IMG/VR virus record: IMGVR_UViG_3300044616_001452
Source: a virus
Length of the DNA stretch: 64,000 nucleotides
Reading direction: 5' to 3' (one strand)
The position numbers were made by a program, and so were the translations under genes. This document shows, piece by piece, positions 54,730 through 64,000 of the stretch. The notes below the pieces were generated by a model. It ran no database searches and had not been told where the DNA came from. It saw only the letters and a program-made list of their open reading frames with translations. The number at the start of each line of letters is the position of its first letter. Position 1 is the first letter of the stretch.

Positions 54730-56401
54730 CTACCATCTCCTTATGGATTCTATCTGATCTTTGATTAAGTTGCCTTAAAGCTCTTGCGTTATCACTAATA
54801 GTTGCTCTCTTATAAATATCTTCTGCTTTGTAAAAAGGCAGGTCAGGCAATTTCGCCTGTTCATACGCACTAAAACCAGGAACAGTCGATAATGAAGCCA
54901 TCACATCATCTTGTGGGTCCTTTTGAGCGTTTCTTTGGGAAGATTGTTGACTTCTCTGTTGATCACCCGCGCGTCGTTGTTGTTCTCTTATTTGTTGCCT
55001 TTGTTGTTGGGGTGACTGTGGCGAAACATTACGACTTGTTATACCAGTTCCTAGTTGCTGAGATTGTTGGTTAGAACTCAGGGCTTGATTAACAATTGGA
55101 TCACTTGTTACTTGTGATGTAGTTAATAACTTTGCAACATCTTCATTACCCACCGAAGGCACAGGAAGTGATGTTGTTGTAGTTACTGTGTTAATTTGCT
55201 GTGCAGTGGTATAACCTGGGCACTGTGGATTGCTTTGTGGGTTAGCAGAACATGCATCAGCAATTTGTTTCTTTCTAAAAGCGTCGGCATATCCTGGGCA
55301 ACCAGAATTGTATAGAGGATTTATTGTGCATTGTTGATTGAAGTATGCCTGTTGGTACAGTGGGCAAGATGTAGAAAAAAGGGGATTAGAAGTACACTGT
55401 TGGTTTAAATATGCTGATTCATAAAGTGGACATGATGTACTCGAAAGCGGATTTTCATTGCAGGTCTTATCAAATAAGGCTTTAGCATATCCTGGACAAG
55501 ATGAGTTATAAAGAGGATTTGCTGTGCATTGTTGGGTAAAATATGCTTGTTGATATTCAGGACATAAAGGAGAAAATAGTTGATTTAAACTACATTGTTG
55601 TGCTTGATAAGCAGCAGCATAGCCTGGGCAATTCGATCCAAATAGGGGATTTGCTGAACATTGTTGATTGAACCATGCTTGTTGCCACCCCGGGCAAGAC
55701 TGACTGTAAAGTGGACTAATTGCACATTGTTGCTGTAGAAATGCCTGTTGATAACCTTCGCATGTTGGTGATGCGAGAGGATTTGCACCGCAAGGATCAA
55801 CAGAATATCTTAAACGAACATCTATATCTCTTATTTCAGGACCATAATAACCTTTCCATTGCCCATCATCTCGACTTGAAATATCTATGGAAACATTTCC
55901 TACAGATGCTAAACTATACTTATTTTTAAAATCTTCAATTCCCGTAAATCGTGTCCAGTCATTAATACGTCTACCATAATCGAAAGTTTTATTTTCTATG
56001 ATGTTGATATTCGTATTATCGTAAAGAGATACACGAATAGTTAAAGGATCAAAAGATGGGTTTTGATTTGATCCTGCATTAGCATTTTTAATAGTCCAGC
56101 CGTATTGATACCCACGAACCTGAATACCAGTTCCAGATAGTGCTTGATTGACGGCTATGTTTTGGTGTAAAATTGAGCCGCCATAGCTAAAAAGTATAGC
56201 TCCGTCTGCTGACCTTTGAACTGGGCAAGGACCTCCTGTTGTACCACCCCAAATCATTCCGTTATGCTGAGTTAAACATCCTTGCCAACCTGTTTGGTTG
56301 ATTATGTTTGAGGATGTTTGTATATCCTGAGCGTTACAGAAGAAGGAGAAGAACAGCCAAGACGCCAAGCCCAGCAGAAACTTTTTGCCAGAAACTTGCA
56401 T
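54710..56401 (-). CDS. Secreted Cys-rich repeat protein
   Basis: Signal-peptide-like N-terminus; ~9 repeats of C..NPL(Y/F)..(S/N)CP(G/L)Y..A...QQ; Gln-rich linker. Confidence 0.7.
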   Translation of the reverse strand: MQVSGKKFLLGLASWLFFSFFCNAQDIQTSSNIINQTGWQGCLTQHNGMIWGGTTGGPCPVQRSADGAILFSYGGSILHQNIAVNQALSGTGIQVRGYQYGWTIKNANAGSNQNPSFDPLTIRVSLYDNTNINIIENKTFDYGRRINDWTRFTGIEDFKNKYSLASVGNVSIDISSRDDGQWKGYYGPEIRDIDVRLRYSVDPCGANPLASPTCEGYQQAFLQQQCAISPLYSQSCPGWQQAWFNQQCSANPLFGSNCPGYAAAYQAQQCSLNQLFSPLCPEYQQAYFTQQCTANPLYNSSCPGYAKALFDKTCNENPLSSTSCPLYESAYLNQQCTSNPLFSTSCPLYQQAYFNQQCTINPLYNSGCPGYADAFRKKQIADACSANPQSNPQCPGYTTAQQINTVTTTTSLPVPSVGNEDVAKLLTTSQVTSDPIVNQALSSNQQSQQLGTGITSRNVSPQSPQQQRQQIREQQRRAGDQQRSQQSSQRNAQKDPQDDVMASLSTVPGFSAYEQAKLPDLPFYKAEDIYKRATISDNARALRQLNQRSDRIHKEMVDEQYRR

Positions 56402-56882
56402 TCGAATTCTCGCTTATAGGTTTAGGTTTACGATCTGGAGATGATTCCCAAATTCTTTTAGCATCCTCACCTATTCTACCATCAACTGGGCATGGGGTTC
56501 CAGCATTCATCATGGCATCAAAAACTCTATCATCTTGGCATAAAGTAGCCACAGCAGCAACCTTCATACCCATATCGTATAAGTTTTTGGCAAGTTTTAA
56601 TCGTTCGCAATTTAAATCACGAACCATTGTTCCACCAGAAATACCCAAAATTTGTGTTTGAACGGCACCACCCACTCCTACGGTACATAAATCATTATTG
56701 AGTACATTAAAAGAAGGAGAGATAGCCGAAGCTGGAGGAGACCTAACAGTGGTATCATTCACACTATTAGAATTTGTAGTTACTGTGCTGGTACTTTTCG
56801 AATCAGTAACTATCACATCAGATTGAGCAAACGTTAATGAAGACATGACAAAAAGTACCAAGAAGGTTAACTTTTTGTACAT
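56334..56882 (-). CDS. Secreted/membrane Cys-containing protein
   Basis: Start at ATG 56882 (MYKKLTFLVLFVMSSLTFAQ signal peptide); SAISP, C..G..G..QT...G.S.G, DLNCER.K, GMKVAAV..LCQD, AGTPCP; C-terminal TM. Confidence 0.7.
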   Translation of the reverse strand: MYKKLTFLVLFVMSSLTFAQSDVIVTDSKSTSTVTTNSNSVNDTTVRSPPASAISPSFNVLNNDLCTVGVGGAVQTQILGISGGTMVRDLNCERLKLAKNLYDMGMKVAAVATLCQDDRVFDAMMNAGTPCPVDGRIGEDAKRIWESSPDRKPKPISENSNASFWQKVSAGLGVLAVLLLLL

Positions 56883-56896
56883 TTTACATCCTTTTC

Positions 56897-56932
56897 TTGA
56901 CTTTATAGACTTATATGATATAATATATTTAT
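56897..56932. promoter_or_regulatory. Divergent promoters: plus-strand sigma70 and minus-strand late ATAAATA
   Basis: TTGACT-16-TATAAT with TGn (56897-56924); TATTTAT at 56926-56932 reads ATAAATA on the minus strand. Confidence 0.55.
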
Positions 56933-56968
56933 GAATATATAATGTTATAATTTCATTAAGGTGATAAA

Positions 56969-57529
56969 ATGACTCCATCAATTATGTTATTCGATAATTT
57001 TTATGCAAATCCGACTGATGTTAGAAACTTTGCTCTCAGTATGGATTTTAATATTTCCGGTAATTTTCCTGGGTTTAGGACTAAACCTTTGGATGGTGAA
57101 AACAATAAAAACGCTAAACTATTAATGGAAAATATAATAAAAAAGAAAATAGTTTGGTGGCCAGAAGAGTATAATACTGCCTTTCAGTATACAACTGAAA
57201 ATGATGAAACATGGATTCATTACGACCCTACTAATTGGGCAGCCGTTTTGTATCTAACTCCTGATGCACCACTTGATTCTGGAACAGCCATTTACATGCA
57301 TAATGAAACTAAAATTTATATGTTGGACAGAAATGATCCAAAAACAGATTTGAATCAATATGGTAGAGATTTAACACAATGGACACCTATTGCTAAGGTT
57401 TCAAATATTTTTAATAGATTGGTTGTATATCGTGGCAATTATTATCACAGAAGTGTCAAACCAGGGTTTGGGCAAAACCAACACAATGGTAGACTTTTTC
57501 AAACTTTCTTTTTCAATACTGAGGATTAA
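56969..57529 (+). CDS. 2OG-Fe(II) oxygenase-like protein (DUF6445-like)
   Basis: DNFYANP..VR, FPG.RT, WIHYD, AAVLYLTP, SGT, FNRLV.Y, YYH, GRL.QTFFF. Confidence 0.75.
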   Translation: MTPSIMLFDNFYANPTDVRNFALSMDFNISGNFPGFRTKPLDGENNKNAKLLMENIIKKKIVWWPEEYNTAFQYTTENDETWIHYDPTNWAAVLYLTPDAPLDSGTAIYMHNETKIYMLDRNDPKTDLNQYGRDLTQWTPIAKVSNIFNRLVVYRGNYYHRSVKPGFGQNQHNGRLFQTFFFNTED

Positions 57530-57532
57530 AAA

Positions 57533-57844
57533 ATGAATATTTTAGGAATTAAACTTGTGACTGGTGAAGAAATCGTTGCAGATGTAACTTTCACTGAAGA
57601 TGGTAGATTCAAATTAACAAACAGTGTTCAACTCAGGCTTATGCCACCGCAAAGACCTGGAACTGAACCGTCGATGGGATTTGCACCGTTTCCTGCTCTA
57701 GCAAAACAAGGTAAAGATGTTACGACCGTTATTGAACCTTTACATATTGTGTATACTTATGAGCCAGAAGATGTTATAATTGACAATTATCGGGCAGCTT
57801 TTTCAGGCATCGTAACTCCAACCAAACAGATTATTACAGGATAA
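57533..57844 (+). CDS. Conserved hypothetical protein (Sm-like) upstream of gp43
   Basis: IKLVTGEEIVA...Y..AFSGIVTP pattern. Confidence 0.65.
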   Translation: MNILGIKLVTGEEIVADVTFTEDGRFKLTNSVQLRLMPPQRPGTEPSMGFAPFPALAKQGKDVTTVIEPLHIVYTYEPEDVIIDNYRAAFSGIVTPTKQIITG

Positions 57845-60378
57845 TGACAAACTTTTACACAAATGTGCAAGCCGTTGGTAGCAACATACTTTTCAGAGGT
57901 GTTGTAAACGGCAAAAAAATCAAAAATAAGATCGCCTATCAACCAAGACTTTTCGAACTTGCAAAAAAGGTTACACCATATACCACTTTAAATGGTGAAT
58001 ATCTTCAAGAAATAAAATTCGATTCGATGAGAGAAGCCCGAGATTACCTTCGTCAATTTGAAGGTGTCTCTGGCAAAAAAATCTATGGCAATTCAAGATT
58101 CGAATATGCATTCATTGCTGACCAATATAAAGGTATGATCGAATGGGATTTAGATAAAATTTCAATCGCTATTCTAGATATTGAGGTCGGATCAGAGAAT
58201 GGATTTCCAGATCCATATCAAGCAAATGAACCAGTTACAGCAATTTCTGTCAAGTATGTAAATGGTGATATTTACGTTTTTGGTTGTGGTGACTATAAAG
58301 TAAAGGGTGAAGAACGTTACACTAAATGTGTAGATGAATATAATCTTCTAAAGTTCTTTTTGAAATTGTGGGAACAGAAATGCCCAGATATTCTAACAGG
58401 CTGGAATACTAAGTTTTTTGATATTCCATATCTTGTTAATCGCATGAGGAAAATTCTAGGTCCTGATGAAGCAAAAAAGCTTTCACCTTGGAATATGATT
58501 TCTGAACGGGAAGCATATGTCATGAATCGAAAAATGACTGTGTATGAATTGGTTGGTATTGGTGATTTTGATTATCTTGAACTATACAAGTGGTATTCAC
58601 CCAGCGGCAAATCACAGGAATCATACCGTCTAGATAATATTGCAAACGTAGAAATTGGTGAAAAGAAGATTGATTATTCAGAATACGAATCATTACATCA
58701 ACTTTATAGACTCGATTTTCAAAAGTTCATTGAATATAACATTAAAGACGTAGAACTTATTTTGAAACTTGATGACAAGTTGAAGTTGCTTGAACTCGGT
58801 ATTACTCTTGCATATGACACAAAGTGTAACTATGATGATGTGTTTGCACAAACAAGAATGTGGGACGCACTGACGTATAATCATCTGCTTGAAAATAAAA
58901 TTATAGTTCCGCCAAGAGTAATTAAAGAAAAAGATGCCGCATTTGAAGGTGCTTATGTAAAAGAGCCTCAAGTCGGAATGCATGAATGGGTTGCATCATT
59001 TGACCTTAATAGTCTTTACCCACACCTCATGATGCAGTATAATATTTCACCAGAGACTCTTATCGAGCCAGAGAAATACACTCAAGAAATGAGAGATGTA
59101 CTATCTCAAGGTGTTTCTGTCGATAAACTTTTGCATAAAAAAATCGATACATCAAGTTTGGAAAATGTGACTTTGACTCCCAATGGGCAATTTTTTAGAA
59201 CTGATTTTCAGGGCTTTCTACCAAAAATGATGGAAGAAATGTACGAAGACAGGAAAAAATTTAAGAAGTTAATGTTAACCGCCAAACAGGAGAAAGAAAA
59301 AGAAACAAATGAAAGCAAAAAATATGAGATTGAAAAGCGTATTGCTCGTTACAACAATCTACAACTTGCAAAAAAAGTTTCTCTAAACTCCGCTTACGGT
59401 GCTTTGGGAAGTCAGTATTTTCGTTTCTATGATTTGCGCATGGCTCTTGGTGTTACAACTGCTGGGCAATTAAGTATTCGTTGGATCGAAAAGAAGATGA
59501 ATGAATATATGAACAATCTGTTGAAGACGGATAAAGATTTCATAATTGCTTCCGATACTGATTCGATTTATTTGAGATTGTCAGAACTTGTGTATAAAGT
59601 TTATGGTGCTGAAAACAAGATTGAATTGCCTAAAAGCAAAGTCATAGAGTTTATGGATCGTGTATGTGAACAAAAGATTCAACCATTTATTGATAAATCA
59701 TATGAAGAATTGGCACATTACGTTCATGCATATGCACAAAAAATGCAAATGAAGCGCGAAGCTTTGGCTGACAAAGGTATCTGGACGGCAAAGAAACGTT
59801 ACATTATGCATGTATACAATAATGAAGGTGTACAGTATTCTGAGCCTGACATGAAAGTGATGGGTCTAGAAATGATTAAATCTTCCACGCCGGCGCCTGT
59901 GCGTGGTAAAATGAAAGAAGCTTTGCAGATAATGATGAAAGGTAAAGAAAGTGATATTCATCTTTTCATCGAGAACTTTAGGAAATATTTTAAAACATTG
60001 CCACCAGAAGATATTTCATTCCCCAGAGGTATAAATGGTTTGAAGGAGTACCATAACAAAACCACAATTTATTCAAAAGGTACGCCAATTCATGTTAAGG
60101 GTGCATTGCTATATAATAAGTATCTTGAAGAAAAATCATTGACAAAAAAATATCCTTTTATTCAAGAAGGTGAAAAGATAAAGTTTGCATATTTAAAACA
60201 GCCAAATCCAATTAAAGATACCGTAATTTCTTTTCCAAATATTTTACCACCCGAATTCAATCTTCAAAGCTTTATTGATTATGATATGCAATTCGAAAAA
60301 ACTTTTTTAGATCCAATTAAAGTTGTTTTGGAATGTATGGGTTGGTCTACACATAAAACCGTTTCATTATTTGACTAA
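57844..60378 (+). CDS. gp43: DNA polymerase gp43 (family B)
   Basis: DIEV exo I, SFDLNSLYP, K..LNSAYG, SDTDS, KKRY. Confidence 0.98.
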   Translation: MTNFYTNVQAVGSNILFRGVVNGKKIKNKIAYQPRLFELAKKVTPYTTLNGEYLQEIKFDSMREARDYLRQFEGVSGKKIYGNSRFEYAFIADQYKGMIEWDLDKISIAILDIEVGSENGFPDPYQANEPVTAISVKYVNGDIYVFGCGDYKVKGEERYTKCVDEYNLLKFFLKLWEQKCPDILTGWNTKFFDIPYLVNRMRKILGPDEAKKLSPWNMISEREAYVMNRKMTVYELVGIGDFDYLELYKWYSPSGKSQESYRLDNIANVEIGEKKIDYSEYESLHQLYRLDFQKFIEYNIKDVELILKLDDKLKLLELGITLAYDTKCNYDDVFAQTRMWDALTYNHLLENKIIVPPRVIKEKDAAFEGAYVKEPQVGMHEWVASFDLNSLYPHLMMQYNISPETLIEPEKYTQEMRDVLSQGVSVDKLLHKKIDTSSLENVTLTPNGQFFRTDFQGFLPKMMEEMYEDRKKFKKLMLTAKQEKEKETNESKKYEIEKRIARYNNLQLAKKVSLNSAYGALGSQYFRFYDLRMALGVTTAGQLSIRWIEKKMNEYMNNLLKTDKDFIIASDTDSIYLRLSELVYKVYGAENKIELPKSKVIEFMDRVCEQKIQPFIDKSYEELAHYVHAYAQKMQMKREALADKGIWTAKKRYIMHVYNNEGVQYSEPDMKVMGLEMIKSSTPAPVRGKMKEALQIMMKGKESDIHLFIENFRKYFKTLPPEDISFPRGINGLKEYHNKTTIYSKGTPIHVKGALLYNKYLEEKSLTKKYPFIQEGEKIKFAYLKQPNPIKDTVISFPNILPPEFNLQSFIDYDMQFEKTFLDPIKVVLECMGWSTHKTVSLFD

Positions 60379-60387
60379 GGGCACAAA

Positions 60388-61437
60388 ATGAGTATTCTTG
60401 AAAAAATTAAGAAAAATTCTAGCATTAAAGAATCTGCTATTCTTTCTAAGTCAAAATTTTTTACACAGAAAGATATGATTCCTACTTCTATTCCTATCAT
60501 CAATGTGGCTTTGAGTGGGCGTCTCGATGGTGGGCTAACACCAGGGCTAACGATGTGGGCAGGTCCATCAAAACATTTCAAGACGGCTTTTAGTTTACTG
60601 ATGGCAAAATCTTATTTGGAAAAATATGAAGATTCCGCACTATTGTATTATGATTCAGAATTCGGTACACCTCAATCGTATTTCGACACTTTTGGTATTA
60701 ACACTGATAGAGTTCTACATACTCCCATAACAGATATTGAACAACTAAAATTCGATATTATGAACCAACTTCAAAATTTAGAACGAGGTGAACATCTAAT
60801 TATTATCGTCGATTCAATTGGCAATCTTGCTTCAAAAAAAGAAGTTGAAGATGCCCTCGAACAAAAATCCGTTGCAGATATGAGTAGGGCAAAACAAATT
60901 AAATCTCTTTTTCGTATGGTAACACCCCACCTTACGATGAAGGATATTCCAATGGTAGTTGTAAACCACACTTACAAAGAAATTGGAATGTTCCCTAAAG
61001 ATATTGTTGGTGGCGGAACAGGCTCTTATTATTCTGCTGACAATATTTTCATTATTGGCCGACAACAAGAGAAAGAAGGAACAGAAATTGTCGGGTACAA
61101 TTTTATCATCAACGTCGAGAAATCAAGATATGTCAAAGAAAAATCTAAAATACCTGTTACTGTATCTTTTGATGGTGGCATTAGTAAGTGGTCTGGCCTT
61201 TTGGATATCGCATTGGAATCCGGGCATGTTATCAAGCCATCAAATGGTTGGTATTCAAAAGTAAACATGGAAACTGGAGAAATGGAAGACCAGAAATTCC
61301 GGGAAAAAGATACAAACACAAGGGATTTTTGGATGCCGATCTTGAAGCAAGAATCATTTCAAAATTTTATTAAAAACAAATATCAAGTTGCAGCCGGTGA
61401 AATAATCCAATCTGAAGAGGAAGAAAATGCAATTTAA
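60388..61437 (+). CDS. uvsX: RecA-like recombinase UvsX
   Basis: GPSKHFKT, YDSEFG, DSIGNLASKKE, ADMSRAK. Confidence 0.96.
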   Translation: MSILEKIKKNSSIKESAILSKSKFFTQKDMIPTSIPIINVALSGRLDGGLTPGLTMWAGPSKHFKTAFSLLMAKSYLEKYEDSALLYYDSEFGTPQSYFDTFGINTDRVLHTPITDIEQLKFDIMNQLQNLERGEHLIIIVDSIGNLASKKEVEDALEQKSVADMSRAKQIKSLFRMVTPHLTMKDIPMVVVNHTYKEIGMFPKDIVGGGTGSYYSADNIFIIGRQQEKEGTEIVGYNFIINVEKSRYVKEKSKIPVTVSFDGGISKWSGLLDIALESGHVIKPSNGWYSKVNMETGEMEDQKFREKDTNTRDFWMPILKQESFQNFIKNKYQVAAGEIIQSEEEENAI

Positions 61438-61750
61438 AGAAGGTGTTGATTACAACTATGTAATTCCAGAAAACGAAAGTACAACAGTTGGTATAAAATT
61501 ATTAACAGGTCCTTTTAGAGATGTTGTGTATCAATATGGTAAAGTAAAGTTTGAAGAGGGCGCTAATGATGACATTTATCTAGGATTCATTTATAATGTC
61601 ATAGAGTCACCTTACGAAAAAGATTATTTGAACGAAAAATTCAAAAATTATATTGGTGACATTCTTGTGGAAATTATGTCGCAAAACATTGAAAAAGGAC
61701 TTCTAGATGAGGCTGGAACAGACTATATTGAGGACTCTGATACAAAGTGA
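61427..61750 (+). CDS. Hypothetical protein at the T4 gp40 position
   Basis: Between uvsX and gp41; IKLLTGPF.DV.Y.YGKV.F. Confidence 0.55.
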   Translation: MQFKEGVDYNYVIPENESTTVGIKLLTGPFRDVVYQYGKVKFEEGANDDIYLGFIYNVIESPYEKDYLNEKFKNYIGDILVEIMSQNIEKGLLDEAGTDYIEDSDTK

Positions 61751-63086
61751 AGATTTCCTTAGAAAAGTTCTTCCGTTTATTAAAGATGAATATTTTTCCG
61801 ATAGAGTTGAAAAGTATATCTTTAAAGAAATAAATGTATATGCTAACCAATACAACACCACTCCGTCTGTAGAAGCTTTGATTCTTGCTTCAAAGGAAAG
61901 TAAGAATATTACTGATGAAGAATTTAAGAGTTGTGAAGAATACCTTAAAGAAATCGATAAGCATAATCGTGAGCTGGAAACACCGAATCAGGAATGGCTA
62001 ATCGACAAAACGGAAAAATTTTGTCAGGAAAAGGCCATTTACAATGCAGTTCGTAATTCAATCACAATCTTAGAAGGAAAAGATAAAACGAACGACAAAG
62101 GTTCAATACCAAAACTATTGTCAGATGCTCTTGCTGTAAGCTTTGACAATTCAATTGGGCATGATTATTTGGAGAACTCCGATGAACGATATGAATTCTA
62201 TCACCGAAAAGAGGAACGAATCCCGTTCGACCTTGAATTTTTCAACAAGATCACCAAAGGAGGTCTCCCTGCCAAGACACTTAACATTGCTCTTGCTGGG
62301 ACCGGTGTTGGTAAGTCTCTTTTCATGTGTCATGTTGCCGCTGGTTGTATGTCGCAAGGAAAAAATGTTCTATACATCACCCTTGAAATGGCAGAGGAAA
62401 AAATAGCCGAACGTATTGATGCGAATCTATTAAATGTATCAATAGACAATTTAATGGAGTTGCCGAAAGATATATATGATAAGAAAGTGAAACGTGTCAA
62501 AGAAATGACAACGGGCAAATTGATTATCAAAGAATATCCAACGGCATCAGCTTCAGCAATCCACTTTAGAACACTTCTGAATGAACTCAACCTTAAAAGG
62601 AATTTTGTTCCTGATATCATTTTTATTGATTATCTTAACATCTGCTGTTCTTCACGAATTAAAGCGGGAGCGAATGTTAACTCTTATACTTACGTCAAAT
62701 CTATTGCAGAAGAGTTACGAGGATTGGCTGTTGAGTTTGGGGTGCCAATTGTTTCAGCTACCCAAACAACACGAAGCGGATACACAAACTCAGATCCAGG
62801 GCTTGAAGACACCAGTGAAAGTTTTGGTTTGCCGGCTACAGCAGACCTGATGTTTGCTTTGATTTCATCAGAAGAACTTGAGGCACTCAATCAAATCATG
62901 GTCAAACAGTTGAAGAATCGATATTCTGATCCGACAACACACAAAAGGTTTGTTCTTGGTATTGATAGGTCGAAGATGAAGTTATATGATGTCGAACAAG
63001 ATGCTCAAATAGGTATTGCGGATGCTGGGCAACAATATGTGCCGCAGGAAAAACCCAAAAATAAATTTGGTGGATTTAAAGTATAA
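61707..63086 (+). CDS. gp41: Replicative DNA helicase gp41
   Basis: AGTGVGKS, YITLEMAEE.IAERIDAN, IDYLNIC, SESFGLPATAD, KQLKNRY. Confidence 0.97.
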   Translation: MRLEQTILRTLIQSEDFLRKVLPFIKDEYFSDRVEKYIFKEINVYANQYNTTPSVEALILASKESKNITDEEFKSCEEYLKEIDKHNRELETPNQEWLIDKTEKFCQEKAIYNAVRNSITILEGKDKTNDKGSIPKLLSDALAVSFDNSIGHDYLENSDERYEFYHRKEERIPFDLEFFNKITKGGLPAKTLNIALAGTGVGKSLFMCHVAAGCMSQGKNVLYITLEMAEEKIAERIDANLLNVSIDNLMELPKDIYDKKVKRVKEMTTGKLIIKEYPTASASAIHFRTLLNELNLKRNFVPDIIFIDYLNICCSSRIKAGANVNSYTYVKSIAEELRGLAVEFGVPIVSATQTTRSGYTNSDPGLEDTSESFGLPATADLMFALISSEELEALNQIMVKQLKNRYSDPTTHKRFVLGIDRSKMKLYDVEQDAQIGIADAGQQYVPQEKPKNKFGGFKV

Positions 63087-63089
63087 ATA
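63082..63089 (+). promoter_or_regulatory. T4-type late promoter TATAAATA
   Basis: Exact consensus 24 nt before ATG 63113. Confidence 0.8.
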
Positions 63090-63112
63090 TCTCCATCATT
63101 AGGAGATATAAA

Positions 63113-63940
63113 ATGGCTCAAAAAGGTTTTGAATATGAACAAAATGCATATAATGCATTAGCAAAATATGGCATAACGACCGGTGGTGTTGCTGGTGCAT
63201 CACATGATAAACCCGATTTAACTATGGGTGCTGGAAATATAAAAACTGGTTGTGAACTAAAAAATTCACCCACTGCCGCAGGTTCTTTAGTTATGAAATA
63301 TTATAATGGAAAATGGGATTTTGGTGACTATAAAGGTGAAGCAGAAAAGGAAATGTTAGTAAGCATAGCAAAAAAAGTGAATTTGTTGCGTGAAATGAAC
63401 ACTTCAGGTTCAGCGGGAAAACTATGGAGAGAATCTGTACCGATTTTACAAAATGATAATTCTGGTAAAAAGAGGTTACTCATAGGTGACATTAAAAAAC
63501 TTGCTGATAAGAAAAAAGCATATTCGATTGACATAGAAAATTACGGTGGAAAAAAAGAAGTTCATATTGATGTTGGCTCAAAAGCGATATGTGATTATTA
63601 CATAACAAAAAAATGTTCGTATATTAATATCGGTACACATGGTTTCTTTACATTAGGCAGAGACGATTTACGTTTAAATGAAAAAATGAAAAGACTAGGA
63701 TTGGATCCAATACCAAACTTTGCAACAAATTCAAAAACAATTATTAGAGTCAGATGCCAACCAAAAAGTATATCGAAAATGGATTATCAATTCGCTTTAA
63801 CTTTACAGTTTAGTTCCGTTAAAATGTCTCCATATAATTTAGCTCCACTAAAAAAAGGTTCAAAAGCAGAAATTGATACTGAGGCATTACAACAGGATAG
63901 TTTACGTAAAGTCTTTTTAGCATTCTATTCATTAATGTAA
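63113..63940 (+). CDS. Putative PD-(D/E)XK nuclease-fold protein
   Basis: GFEYE helix, KPDL...CELK spacing typical of the restriction-like fold. Confidence 0.5.
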   Translation: MAQKGFEYEQNAYNALAKYGITTGGVAGASHDKPDLTMGAGNIKTGCELKNSPTAAGSLVMKYYNGKWDFGDYKGEAEKEMLVSIAKKVNLLREMNTSGSAGKLWRESVPILQNDNSGKKRLLIGDIKKLADKKKAYSIDIENYGGKKEVHIDVGSKAICDYYITKKCSYINIGTHGFFTLGRDDLRLNEKMKRLGLDPIPNFATNSKTIIRVRCQPKSISKMDYQFALTLQFSSVKMSPYNLAPLKKGSKAEIDTEALQQDSLRKVFLAFYSLM

Positions 63941-63954
63941 TCTGAAGATATATT

Positions 63955-64000
63955 ATGAAACCTTTGATCACAATCATAACACCGACAACAGGTAATTCAC
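63955..64000 (+). CDS. GT2-like glycosyltransferase, N-terminus only (truncated by window)
   Basis: MKPLITIITPTTGNS resembles the GT2 N-terminal strand. Confidence 0.5.
   Translation, partial: MKPLITIITPTTGNS

Noticed and set aside
17186-63086. Introns or inteins in gp17, gp20, gp23, gp43, uvsX, gp41
   Set aside because: ORFs are continuous and of ordinary length with no intein-like inserts
1-64000. Stop-codon reassignment
   Set aside because: Core genes are full length in code 11, TAA, TAG and TGA all end genes, and there is no suppressor (CUA/UCA/UUA) tRNA

Overview
64-kb segment of an AT-rich T4-like (Tevenvirinae-related) myophage genome. The host is unknown; the gene repertoire resembles uncultured aquatic T4-like phages of Proteobacteria (inference). 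The genetic code is standard. Layout: (1-9.7 kb) fibre/adhesin genes with fibrinogen-C, LamG, Gly-rich and collagen domains; (9.7-14.1 kb) glycosyltransferase/sulfotransferase cluster; (14.1-28.9 kb) T4 morphogenesis core gp13-gp23 and gp3; (28.9-46 kb) uvsY, uvsW, gp55, gp47/46, gp1, gp45/44/62, regA, hsp20 and accessory genes (peptide deformylase, DUF4338/DruA-like, EndoVII-like); (45.3-51.8 kb) 27 tRNA genes covering all 20 amino acids, interleaved with sigma70 promoters, structured ncRNA candidates and two CDSs; (51.8-56.9 kb) a minus-strand operon with secreted Cys-rich proteins and a plcP-like phosphoesterase plus GT4 pair; (57-64 kb) gp43, uvsX, gp41. Top finding: an unannotated 34-codon leader ORF (47236-47340) that uses 19 of 20 amino acids and 30 different codons. 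Its 3' end carries a perfect anti-terminator for the intrinsic terminator just before the tRNA array, which is the layout of a ribosome-stalling attenuator that could switch on phage tRNAs when almost any host tRNA is depleted. Other highlights are a ROSE-like thermometer plus H-type pseudoknot in the hsp20 leader, twin processing-stalk RNAs that sequester tRNA CCA ends, a long-arm tRNA-Ile(UAU), and a phospholipid-remodelling gene pair. All calls are by eye from motifs and synteny; no database searches were run.
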